From NCBI GenBank assembly GCA_038842485.1, contig JAWBSP010000014.1, positions 1-31,345 on the forward strand: a stretch of 31,345 nt of DNA. The letters are read 5' to 3'. Position 1 is the first letter of the stretch. Each line of letters opens with the position of its first letter. The translations under genes and the position numbers were made by a program. This document shows, in pieces, positions 9,104-17,513 of this stretch. Below the pieces are notes generated by a model. It did no database searches. It was not told the DNA's origin and worked only from the letters and a program-made list of their open reading frames with translations. The stretch is from Candidatus Hadarchaeales archaeon (lineage in GTDB: Archaea; Hadarchaeota; Hadarchaeia; Hadarchaeales; JAWBSP01).

Positions 9104-9711
9104 GGAAGGATCTGATTCTCAGGGAACTCGCCCACCACGCCCCCTTCACCCTTTTCGGGGCGCTCACGGGTCTGTTTCTCCTGCTTCTAACGGTGAACTT
9201 GGTGGCCGGCGTGGGGCGCGAGTTTCTCTTCCATCTTCTTCACCCCCTCCACCTCCTCCTCAGCGCCACTGTTACCACGGCCGTCTACCTGAAGTATGAG
9301 AGGGGAAGGACGGAGGCTTTTGCGGTCGGCTTCGCGGGTTCGGTTGGAATCTGTACCCTCAGCGATATCATCCTTCCATACCTAGGCGGGCACCTTCTGG
9401 GGATGCCTCTCAGATTGCATCTCTGCGTGGTTGAGCATCCTTGGCTGGTTCTCCCTGCTACCCTTGCGGGTGTGGTCCTTGGAATGAGAAGGCCCACGAC
9501 CGTAATCCCGCACTCTGCCCACGTTCTGGTCAGCACTTACGCCTCAACCTTCTACTTCACCGCCTTCGCTTCCCCCGCCAGCTGGATTCCACTCCTCCCT
9601 CTTCTTTTCCCGCTTCTCTTCGTCTCGGTTTGGCTCCCCTGCTGTACCAGCGACTTCATCTTTCCCCTGCTCTTCGTGGGAAGGGAGGGCGCGCCCCTCC
9701 TCAAACGATGA
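9100..9711 (+). CDS. His/Cys-rich multi-pass membrane protein of unknown function
   Basis: The GTG start overlaps the regulator's stop (GTGA). About 6 hydrophobic segments, with HHAPF, HLLHPLH, HLCVVEH, PHSAH and PCCTSD motifs. Confidence 0.75.
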   Translation: MRKDLILRELAHHAPFTLFGALTGLFLLLLTVNLVAGVGREFLFHLLHPLHLLLSATVTTAVYLKYERGRTEAFAVGFAGSVGICTLSDIILPYLGGHLLGMPLRLHLCVVEHPWLVLPATLAGVVLGMRRPTTVIPHSAHVLVSTYASTFYFTAFASPASWIPLLPLLFPLLFVSVWLPCCTSDFIFPLLFVGREGAPLLKR

Positions 9712-9749
9712 GCCTCTCAATAGAAACCGGCCACAGCATCAAACTTTGA

Positions 9750-10235
9750 TCATTCCAGCCTGTAGCTCTCGGCCTCGAATGCCTTTGCGAACCCGATAAG
9801 CCCAAGATGCCAGGGTTTCCTACCAAACAGAATTCTTCCAAGAACCAGTCCAAACCAGAGGTAGACGGGATAAAGGCAAAACATCAGGATGCAGAGGAAC
9901 ATCCAACCTGGGGTCAAATCGGCGGGGGTCGCCGTTTTGGGAACGATTTCCCATATCCCTCCGTTCAGCATGAAGGCGGTTCCCGTTGAGCCGGGGCCTT
10001 CAACCATGTCATAGATGGGCTGGGTGAACCTGTTCAGGGTGAAATCACCAATCCCTATCTGCTTGTCGAAGTTGCAGAACATTGCGATTGCGATGAACCA
10101 AAATATGAAGATAACCGCCAGACTTCCCCCCAGCACCCAAATCGTCTCTCTCATCCCACTGTAGAAGAAATGCTTTGCCAGCAACGCGATCAGCAGACCG
10201 ATACCAAATAGGAGGAATGGGTCGATCCAGAACAT
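9750..10235 (-). CDS. Hypothetical membrane protein (about 3 TM helices)
   Basis: ATG at 10235 overlaps the upstream TAA (TAATG coupling); MFWIDPFLLFG start and hydrophobic segments. Confidence 0.7.
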   Translation of the reverse strand: MFWIDPFLLFGIGLLIALLAKHFFYSGMRETIWVLGGSLAVIFIFWFIAIAMFCNFDKQIGIGDFTLNRFTQPIYDMVEGPGSTGTAFMLNGGIWEIVPKTATPADLTPGWMFLCILMFCLYPVYLWFGLVLGRILFGRKPWHLGLIGFAKAFEAESYRLE

Positions 10236-11335
10236 TATATAATATACCCCCTCTCCCTGTACCATCTTGCAGTCTCGTAGACCGACAGCCTGTAATCCGG
10301 GTAAAGCAGCCTGTAACCGGTTGCCTTGAGTTTTTTGTTCGTGGCCCTAAAGTTTTCGGATAATTTTTTGATATTCTTAAACTCTCGGAAGAAACCCCTG
10401 AGGGTTTGCTCGCTTACAAAAGGTGTTTTCCCTTTTTTCTGGATTGACCGGATCTCCCTGAGGCACATCCACTGCACCAACCCAAGAAATGGCCGTATTA
10501 GCTTCAAAAAGGTGGGTGGAAGAGGTGGAAGGGCGTAAATCCTGTTCCCCGTCGCTTGCGCGATCGAGAAAATGACATCGGAAAAAGTGTAGTTTTGGTC
10601 ATCCACGAGGTTAAAGACTTGCCCGCCGAGTCCCTCCTTCTCGGACAGGTGAACGGAAGCATGGATAACGTCTGATACATGAATTAGAGGCCATCTGAAA
10701 TTGAGCCTGGGAAGAGCAGTTATTATCCCCCTGGTTACGAGGAAGAAGAGAACCGTGTCCATAAGAGTGCCCGGTCCATAGACAGAAGCCGGCCTGATAA
10801 CTAGGACGGGAAGTCCATGCCTCCTGTGATAGTCCCAAACTACCTGCTCTTGCAGGTACTTGGTTCGTTCGTAAGCGACCTCGCTGGAGGGGTTTGGTGG
10901 GTGCTCCTCGGTAAGCTCACCCGTGGGTGGAAGCCTTGTGGCGTCGAACATGGAGATACCGTAAATTTCCATAGTGCTCCAGTGAACCATCAACTTCAGC
11001 CCGGGGTTTTCCCTCACTATGGCCTCACAGAGGTTCCTCGTTCCGTCAACGTTTATCCTGCTCATGATCTCGAACGGCATGTAGTAGTTGAAGGCCGAAG
11101 CCGTGTGAAAAACTATGTCTACATCCTTAACGACTGGAGGGAGCGTCCGCGGCTGAGTAAGATCAGCGGGTATGAACCTCGCCCCCAGCCGAATAATACG
11201 GTCCTTATTTCTAACCGTGGCACCCCTTGGTCTATCGAGATCGGTTGCCGTCACCTCATACCCCTTCTGAAGCAAGAGTTCAACAAGCCTTGATCCCATC
11301 GCACCACAGGCACCGGTGACCAGAGCCCGAGTCAA
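10235..11335 (-). CDS. Extended SDR, NAD-dependent epimerase/dehydratase (3-beta-HSD-like)
   Basis: TGACGAMG Rossmann motif, HTAS, NVDGT, YERTK (YxxxK) and RPASVYGP. TTG start with an upstream GGAGGGG SD. Confidence 0.88.
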   Translation of the reverse strand: MTRALVTGACGAMGSRLVELLLQKGYEVTATDLDRPRGATVRNKDRIIRLGARFIPADLTQPRTLPPVVKDVDIVFHTASAFNYYMPFEIMSRINVDGTRNLCEAIVRENPGLKLMVHWSTMEIYGISMFDATRLPPTGELTEEHPPNPSSEVAYERTKYLQEQVVWDYHRRHGLPVLVIRPASVYGPGTLMDTVLFFLVTRGIITALPRLNFRWPLIHVSDVIHASVHLSEKEGLGGQVFNLVDDQNYTFSDVIFSIAQATGNRIYALPPLPPTFLKLIRPFLGLVQWMCLREIRSIQKKGKTPFVSEQTLRGFFREFKNIKKLSENFRATNKKLKATGYRLLYPDYRLSVYETARWYRERGYII

Positions 11336-11552
11336 CCGTGACCCCTCCTATAACTTGGATGCGAGATCTAACAAGTGTTTCGCTTTTCGTTCTTCTCTTA
11401 GGTGTAGCCAAGCCAAGAACTAAATAGGGCCGGGAATGGTCTCATTAGAGAATAGGGTCGTGTTATCCATCCATGCCATGACTGAATTTCCCGCCACAGG
11501 TCCGCCTAGAGAATTAGATAGTTTTTTTGGCTTTCTAAACAAAGTTTTTAGA

Positions 11553-11625
11553 GCCGCCGTAGCTCAGCCGGTAGAGCGACCGCCTCGTAAGCGGTAGGTC
11601 GTGGGTTCAAAGCCCACCGGCGGCT
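11553..11625 (+). tRNA. tRNA-Thr(CGT)
   Basis: Acceptor GCCGCCG/CGGCGGC, anticodon arm ACCGC-CTCGTAA-GCGGT, T arm GTGGG-TTCAAAG-CCCAC. Confidence 0.93.
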
Positions 11626-11673
11626 TTAAACCAAAAAGGTTAGTTAACCAATTTAACCAACCAATTGATTTGA

Positions 11674-11882
11674 GGTTCAACGAATGCAGGGGTACCGGAA
11701 AGCTGCGTAGGACTTGTCCTTTCCGGAGGATTCTAGAAGGCCTAGAGGACCGGCAGGATCCCGATACTGACCGGCCTTAGGTGCGGCAAAACTGTCCTGC
11801 TCAAAGTCGAACATCTTCTGAAGACTCTCGATCCCTGAGAGGATTCCCTATACTTCCCTCAAGACTTATCGCGGACCCAAAA
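11674..11882 (+). pseudogene. Frameshifted remnant of the 5' end of the AAA_14/DUF4143 ATPase
   Basis: Colinear nucleotide similarity to 12874-13112 (GGTTCAACGAATG, ACCGGAAAG, TTCTAGAAGGC, GATACTGACCGG, GGCAAAAC) with many indels. Confidence 0.85.
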
Positions 11883-12032
11883 ATTCTCGCCTCTAAGTTG
11901 TCAGCCGAGTGCTCTAACGACTAGTATGTCTGTTTCCCCTGTTCTCGAAAATAAAAGCTCGATACATTTTTATTTCCTGGACAAGTTCGGCAAAACCTGA
12001 AAGCACCAACTGTTAATTTTGCGGGCGCATTC

Positions 12033-12446
12033 TCAAACTTCCTCGCGTCTCTCGATGCCCGGAACTCCATCGAACCCCGTGTCAAAGGAGATGAGGGCTT
12101 TGATTCCCCGTGCATACATCAGCGCCACCGTCGTCGAGTCCGTGAAACTAAGTCGTGGATATTTTTTAAAAATCTCGCCTGCAGTTTTCAACTCAATGTC
12201 GTTCAATCTCACAAGCTCCAGGTTTCGGGATGCAAGTAAAAGCTCGTACGCCTTGTTGGAAGCTTCCACCCCTCCTCGTCCGCTGAACCTTATCAGTGTT
12301 AAAGTCTCCGCCAGTACATAATCCGTGAATAGGCACTTGCCGAGCCTTCCGGCGCCTATTGCAGACAATATCTTTATCGCATCTCTGTGCCTGGTATCGC
12401 GCCTGAGGGCTGCCGCTGCGAGTACCACCGAGTCTATTACGAACAA
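12033..12446 (-). CDS. vapC: VapC-family PIN-domain toxin
   Basis: VIDS, VLAE, SFTD and SFDTGFD acidic PIN residues. Confidence 0.9.
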   Translation of the reverse strand: MFVIDSVVLAAAALRRDTRHRDAIKILSAIGAGRLGKCLFTDYVLAETLTLIRFSGRGGVEASNKAYELLLASRNLELVRLNDIELKTAGEIFKKYPRLSFTDSTTVALMYARGIKALISFDTGFDGVPGIERREEV

Positions 12447-12450
12447 ACCG

Positions 12451-12696
12451 TCAACGCCCGTACAAAATTTTGTTGTGATCCTTGGTTACGTCGGAAGGCT
12501 CAGCTTCAAGCAATCCAATCATCTGTAAAAGAGGGTCCTCTTTTACTCTTCTCTTCGGCTTAACGATTATCTCCGTTTGCATAGGTAGCCACTCGAGCTC
12601 GTCCCCGACTTCGATGGCGAAGATCTTCCTAATGTTGGATGGGATCGAAGTCAGGTACTTTTTTGAGACCTTCGTTATGGCAGTGGTTCTCGCCAT
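12451..12696 (-). CDS. vapB: AbrB/MazE-type antitoxin
   Basis: KVSKKYLTSIPSNIRKIFAIEVGDELEW AbrB fold, immediately upstream of vapC. Confidence 0.85.
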   Translation of the reverse strand: MARTTAITKVSKKYLTSIPSNIRKIFAIEVGDELEWLPMQTEIIVKPKRRVKEDPLLQMIGLLEAEPSDVTKDHNKILYGR

Positions 12697-12722
12697 CAAT
12701 CTTTTTTTTGCTAAGAATTTTT

Positions 12723-12761
12723 AAATTTTACTATGCTTTTTTCCATGCTTTAGTAAAATTT
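12723..12761. promoter_or_regulatory. Inverted repeat upstream of vapB (putative TA operator)
   Basis: AAATTTTACTA-N17-TAGTAAAATTT with perfect 11-bp arms. Confidence 0.55.
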
Positions 12762-12800
12762 TTCAAGTGTTATAGGAACTGGAGGGGGGGTGTCTCATTT

Positions 12801-12839
12801 TTAGTTTAGCTAATTTGACCAAAAATTTAAATATAGGTT
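12801..12839 (+). promoter_or_regulatory. Promoter/operator of ATPase gene 2
   Basis: TTAGTT...ACCAAAAATTTAAATATAGGTT aligns without gaps to 2253-2291. Confidence 0.55.
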
Positions 12840-12854
12840 AATCATACTATATCA

Positions 12855-14150
12855 ATGCTGGAGGATGTGGAACGGTTCAACGAATGGTGGACCACCGGAA
12901 AGGTGCGTAAGGAGCTGGCACCCCCTTTTAAAAGACGCCTCTTCCGGAGCGTTCTAGAAGGCTTAGATGATCGGCAGATTCTGATACTGACCGGTCTTAG
13001 ACGGGTGGGCAAAACCACCCTGTTGTACCAAACGATCGAGCATCTTTTGGAAACTCTTGATCCCGAGAGAATTCTGTACTTTTCCTTCGAAGACTCCACC
13101 GCAGGCCCCAAAGAGGTTATGGAGCTTTACGAAAAGAGAATCCTAAAAAAACCGCTCGAGGAGGCCGGCAGGGTCTATGCGTTTTTTGACGAGATTCAGT
13201 ACGCGAGGAACTGGGCTGCAACCATCAAACAGTTCTACGATTTATACCCGAACCTCAAATTCTTCCTTTCTGGCTCCTCTTCTCTGCTGCTCTCGAAGGA
13301 AGCGCTTGAGAAGCTGGCCGGAAGGTTCTTCTTCTTGGAGCTGAAGCCGCTGACCTTCCTCGAGTTCTTGGAGATGAAGGGAATGAATACGGAAAGACTT
13401 GAGAGCTCCCCCCGGCAGGTGGAGACCTACTTCTTCGACTACCTGAGGAAGTCAGGTTTTCCGGAAATAGCGGGGTGGGAGAATGAGATCAAGATAGTTG
13501 AGTACATAAGGAATTCTGTGGTGGACAGGGTTGTTTTCAAAGACGTGCCGCTCATCTTCAGGAGTCGTGACGCGGTTCTGCTCTCGCAGATTGTTGGTGC
13601 GATCCTCTCCAGACCTGGGAGCATTGTCAACGTTAACTCTCTATCTAGGGATTTGGGCAAAAGCAAGATTACCGTCTCCAACTACTTGAAATTCTTGGAG
13701 ACATCGCTCCTAATTAGGTCATTGTCGAACTTCAGACCGAGTTTTGCTGCGTCGTCTAGGAAACTGAAAAAGTTCTATCCCGCCACTCCTTCCCTCATTT
13801 TTTCCTTCTCCAGAGAAACCTTCGAAAGAAACTTCGGCGCCGTTTTGGAGACGTATGTCGCAAATGTCCTTGATGCCCATTATTACTTCAGGGAGGGCAA
13901 GAAGGAAATCGATATAATTTTGAAAAATGGGAGCATGCTGCCGGTCGAGGTCAAAGAAAATGTGAGCGAGAGGGATGTAGAGCTGTTTTCCAGACTGGTG
14001 AGGGATGTTGGTGCCGAAAAAGGCATTATGGTGTCCCTGAACCAAGAAATGAAGAGGAAGGATGTTGAGGTCCTACCCGCCTATTTTATCGAGCGTTTTG
14101 GTTACTCAGGTAGGCCGGAACTACCAGCGTTCGCCGCACATAATCCGTGA
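12855..14150 (+). CDS. AAA_14/DUF4143 ATP-binding protein
   Basis: NEWW, GLRRVGKTT, FFDEIQ, SGSSS, LAGR, GFPE, and EIDII..LPVEVK. Confidence 0.9.
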   Translation: MLEDVERFNEWWTTGKVRKELAPPFKRRLFRSVLEGLDDRQILILTGLRRVGKTTLLYQTIEHLLETLDPERILYFSFEDSTAGPKEVMELYEKRILKKPLEEAGRVYAFFDEIQYARNWAATIKQFYDLYPNLKFFLSGSSSLLLSKEALEKLAGRFFFLELKPLTFLEFLEMKGMNTERLESSPRQVETYFFDYLRKSGFPEIAGWENEIKIVEYIRNSVVDRVVFKDVPLIFRSRDAVLLSQIVGAILSRPGSIVNVNSLSRDLGKSKITVSNYLKFLETSLLIRSLSNFRPSFAASSRKLKKFYPATPSLIFSFSRETFERNFGAVLETYVANVLDAHYYFREGKKEIDIILKNGSMLPVEVKENVSERDVELFSRLVRDVGAEKGIMVSLNQEMKRKDVEVLPAYFIERFGYSGRPELPAFAAHNP

Positions 14151-14254
14151 ATAGGCACTTGCAGCTTTCGGGCGCCTATTGCGGTCAATATCTTCGATGC
14201 ATCTCTGTGCCTTGGTATCGCGCCTGAGGGCTGCCACTGCGAGTACAACCGAGT
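14138..14254 (-). pseudogene. Degraded partial copy of the 5' part of vapC
   Basis: Clear similarity to 12316-12433 (ACATAATCCGTGAATAGGCACTTGC ... GGTATCGCGCCTGAGGGCTGCC) with indels. Confidence 0.85.
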
Positions 14255-14388
14255 GGTGAAGCTCGCCGGCGGCTTTTTGAAGTGAGGGAGAGGAAGAGGG
14301 CTGATCTACTTTTTGGCCTGCTTTTTCTCTTGCTGTTTGGAGGATTAGAATTTCAAGTAGAAAAAGGTGAGGAGAAGGCTAGGAAAAA

Positions 14389-15327
14389 CTACTCGAACTC
14401 GATGGTGGCTGGCGGCTTGGGTGTCAGGTCGTAAAGGACCCTCACCACGGGCAGCTCTGAAACGATTCTTTGGGTGATTCTCTCGAGCACGTCCCAAGGG
14501 AGCTGGACTGCCTGTGCCTTCATGGCGTCCTCGGAGGCGACAACCCGGACCGTCACGATTGGGCCGTACCTGCGCTTTCCCTTCACCACCCCCGTCGCCT
14601 GGTCCTCCATCAGCACGGCGAAGGCCTGGAAGCAGGGAATGTTTTTGGTCTCCTCCTCCACTATCTTGGTCGCCTTCCTCACGAGCTCGACCCGCTCCCT
14701 CGTCACCTCCCCCAGCACCCTGACGGCCAGCCCGGGACCGGGGAAGGGCCTGCGCTCCGTCACTTCTGGCGGGAGACCTAGCTTTCTCGCCACCTCCCTG
14801 ACTTGGGGTTTGTAGAGCTCCTTCAGCGGCTCCAGCACTCTGTACCCATACTTTTCGAGCGGGTTAATTCCTATCTGTTCGAGCACGTTGTGCTGCGTCT
14901 TGATCTTTCCCTTGGTCTCAACCACGTCCGCAGCAATCGTCCCCTGAAGGAGAATCGATGCTTTATTCTTCTGAACCAGCCTGGAAAGACAGGAGTAAAA
15001 GGCCTCCCTGAAGGCCACACGCTTCTCCTCCGGATCCGTTTTCCCGCGCAGGGCCTTGAAGAATTCGTCCGCCACCTTCTCCGCCTTCACCTCGACGCCC
15101 AGCTTTCTCAATATTCCGGTCACTTGTTTCTCTTCCCCCTCCCTCATGAGTCCGTCGTCCAGGAAGATCGCCAGCAGTTGCCTGCCCACCGCTTTGCTTC
15201 CGAGGACGGCGGTGGTCATGCTGTCCACGCCCCCGGAAACGGCCACCACCGCTCTCTCCTCGCCGATTTCCTTCCTCAGCCACTCAACCTTTTCCTGGAT
15301 GAAGCTCTCCGGGTTAAATTCGCTCAA
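14389..15327 (-). CDS. guaAB: GMP synthase subunit B (ATP pyrophosphatase)
   Basis: SGGVDS PP-loop, DPEEKR, LQGT, IKTQHNV, PFPGPGLAVR and KPPATIEFE. Confidence 0.95.
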   Translation of the reverse strand: MSEFNPESFIQEKVEWLRKEIGEERAVVAVSGGVDSMTTAVLGSKAVGRQLLAIFLDDGLMREGEEKQVTGILRKLGVEVKAEKVADEFFKALRGKTDPEEKRVAFREAFYSCLSRLVQKNKASILLQGTIAADVVETKGKIKTQHNVLEQIGINPLEKYGYRVLEPLKELYKPQVREVARKLGLPPEVTERRPFPGPGLAVRVLGEVTRERVELVRKATKIVEEETKNIPCFQAFAVLMEDQATGVVKGKRRYGPIVTVRVVASEDAMKAQAVQLPWDVLERITQRIVSELPVVRVLYDLTPKPPATIEFE

Positions 15328-16931
15328 TCCAAGATCTGCTCGAAAACTTCCTGCTCCACTTCGTCCATCATCGGGAGCCCCGTGACCCTGGCTGCCCTCT
15401 CATCCAGGCATGCGAGGTCGGTTCTGTCAATGAGTTCCAGCTTGAACTTTCTCGCGCCCGCCATCAGCTGTTTGAGTCCAACCCCTATCCTGTCCGTGAG
15501 ATACGTGTAGAGCCCCACGGCCTCGAGCGGGACGCGTTTGAAGTCCTCACCCAGCCTCTGTTGCAGTTCGGAAACCGTGATGTACCACTTCTCGGGATCG
15601 CTCCCATACCTCGCCACGAAATCGGCTGGCAGCTTTCCCTCCTTGGCCAGTTGCTGGAAGTACTTCCCCTTCATCACGGCGGTCAGCGGAGCCCGTGCCA
15701 TGGTGATGGATTTCACGAAGGGGCCGTCTCCGAAGTTTGACATGGCTATGGATTTGAAGACCTGCGTCTCGTTCACGAAGCCGCCCGCCATGCTTATGTC
15801 CGGCACGTACCTCCCCTTCTTCTTCAGGATCTGGGCGCATTTCAGAACCTGAGCCTCCAGGTAGACGGTCGGCGTGCTCATCTCGTTCATCATCGGAACT
15901 GGACTCATGCCCGTTCCGCCGCCGGCTCCGTCGAAGGTGATGTAGTCCACCTTGGCCTCGGAGGCGACCTTCATGGTCCAGGCCACATCCACAGGGCGGT
16001 ACGCTCCGGTCTTGAGGCTAACTTTCTTGGCACCCTGCTCCCTCAGCCATTCCACATCCTCAATGAAGTCCCACTCCCTCGGCATCCCCACCCGAGAGTG
16101 GCGCTCGAAGGTCTTGAAAACGCCAGCCTTGAAGGCCTCCTGAACGGCCTTGTCCTCCGGGTCGGGAATGACCAAGTAGCCCCTTTGTTTTAGCTGCAAT
16201 GCCCGCTCGATGGAGTGGAGCCTCACCTCGCCTCCGATGGCCTTGGCACCCTGCCCCCACTTCCTCTCGACAATGTTCACCTCCAGCTTGGAAATGACGT
16301 AAACATCGACCCCCAGCCTCTGGTCCTCCACGTTGGTTTGAACTGCCAGATCTCCGAACTTGCCATCCCAGAACTCCCTGAACTTCTTCACGCGGTACTC
16401 CATGTCGGGGGAGCGCGAGATCTTACCATTGGTCACCACGGCCTCCGGATCCATCCCGCAGACGTTCTCGCCGATCACCAGCACAATTCCCGAGAGAGCG
16501 GCACCAACGGCCAGCCCATCCCAGTAGTTTTTTGCCACCGCTGTGGAGCCGAAGGCACCGTTTGCGAGCGGGAGACGCAGCTTCACCCCTCCCATGCTGG
16601 ACGTGATGTCGACGTTGGGGAATAGGGCTTTGTCGGAATCCTCGGGGAGCCCGTACGCCCCCCTCAATCTAGAAAGGATGTTTATGTGCGACCAGTCAAG
16701 CCCGTAATCTTTGAGCGCACCCGAGGTGGAGCGTCCGAACTGGGCAGGGTCGGGGTAAAGGACCTCCCTCCCCCGGAAGGAGGAAAGACCCACCTCGCAG
16801 AGGAAGGGGCACTCCAGAATACAGATGGGACACATCCCGGAGGTCGGGCTCACGTCCCTCACGCGGGTCCTGGTGCCGGTGACGGACTGCCCACACAGGT
16901 AGGAGGAATTCCTCATCACCCTTTCGGTCAT
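15324..16931 (-). CDS. Stand-alone FMN-binding glutamate synthase family protein with an N-terminal Cys cluster
   Basis: SGMCPICILECPFLCE, GENV, ERKWGQGAKAIGGE, DGAGGGTG and MAGG. No amidotransferase domain. Confidence 0.85.
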   Translation of the reverse strand: MTERVMRNSSYLCGQSVTGTRTRVRDVSPTSGMCPICILECPFLCEVGLSSFRGREVLYPDPAQFGRSTSGALKDYGLDWSHINILSRLRGAYGLPEDSDKALFPNVDITSSMGGVKLRLPLANGAFGSTAVAKNYWDGLAVGAALSGIVLVIGENVCGMDPEAVVTNGKISRSPDMEYRVKKFREFWDGKFGDLAVQTNVEDQRLGVDVYVISKLEVNIVERKWGQGAKAIGGEVRLHSIERALQLKQRGYLVIPDPEDKAVQEAFKAGVFKTFERHSRVGMPREWDFIEDVEWLREQGAKKVSLKTGAYRPVDVAWTMKVASEAKVDYITFDGAGGGTGMSPVPMMNEMSTPTVYLEAQVLKCAQILKKKGRYVPDISMAGGFVNETQVFKSIAMSNFGDGPFVKSITMARAPLTAVMKGKYFQQLAKEGKLPADFVARYGSDPEKWYITVSELQQRLGEDFKRVPLEAVGLYTYLTDRIGVGLKQLMAGARKFKLELIDRTDLACLDERAARVTGLPMMDEVEQEVFEQILD

Positions 16932-16949
16932 CAGAGCAGACGAATCCCC

Positions 16950-16993
16950 TCATAAAACAGTTGTTATGAATTTTTCATACCTTTAAAAAGGTA
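16950..16993. promoter_or_regulatory. Divergent promoter with chained palindromes
   Basis: TCATAA-N8-TTATGA, TATGAA-N3-TTCATA and TACCTTT-AA-AAAGGTA (contains a TATA-like TTTAAAA). Confidence 0.5.
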
Positions 16994-17006
16994 GGAGAGT
17001 GGGAAA

Positions 17007-17513
17007 ATGGGAAGGATCACGGTCGCCCTCGACGCTGAGTGCGAGAGGATCCTCCAAAAACTTTCACGCGAACTAGAAATCTCTTACAGTGCGGTTGTTA
17101 GGAGGGCTCTCAAGCTGCTGGCGGAGGCACCAAAGAAGGAGCAGGTGGAGGAATGGTGTAGGTTGCTTGGAGGGGGGGAGCATGTCATCCTCGATTTAGA
17201 GCATCTCCTTCTTCTCCTCGAACATGTTGGGGAGGAATTCTACAAAGAGAGAAAAAAGGTCTCCCAGTCCCACGCAAAACAGCTGAGTGGAATAGGAGTG
17301 GAGGAGTACCTGCGGAGACTTGAGGCATGCAATCTCTTTCGTCTCTCGAAAGCAGCTGGAAACTACACGCTGATTCTTCCCTCCCCATCACTCAAAAGGT
17401 TCATTGGGGCAGTTGTCTCGGAGACCCTGCAGGGAATGGGTTATCGTGTTTCGCTTGAGGAGGACATGATGAAGATAAGACTCAGGGTGGACACCGCGCA
17501 GGGAAAACCATGA
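17007..17513 (+). CDS. Ribbon-helix-helix (CopG-like) transcriptional regulator with a C-terminal sensor-like domain
   Basis: RITVALD...SYSAVVRRAL RHH pattern. Confidence 0.75.
   Translation: MGRITVALDAECERILQKLSRELEISYSAVVRRALKLLAEAPKKEQVEEWCRLLGGGEHVILDLEHLLLLLEHVGEEFYKERKKVSQSHAKQLSGIGVEEYLRRLEACNLFRLSKAAGNYTLILPSPSLKRFIGAVVSETLQGMGYRVSLEEDMMKIRLRVDTAQGKP

Larger units (their letters stand above)
11610..14276. mobile_element. Degenerate mini-island at the tRNA-Thr 3' end (ATPase remnant, vapBC, ATPase, vapC remnant)
   Basis: Imperfect direct repeat AAGCCCACCGGCGGCTTT (11610-11627) versus AAGCTCGCCGGCGGCTTT (14259-14276), 16/18 identical. Internal duplications are present; no integrase. 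Confidence 0.55.

Noticed and set aside
11348-11479. Minus-strand ORF MAWMDN... with an in-frame TAG (possible readthrough or pyrrolysine)
   Set aside because: Short, with no recognisable homology and no supporting pyl genes in the window.
14282-14434. 50-aa GTG ORF with a hydrophobic stretch (MRERKRADLLFGLLFLLLFGG...)
   Set aside because: No clear SD or promoter, it overlaps the guaAB end, and the T-rich tract could explain the hydrophobicity.
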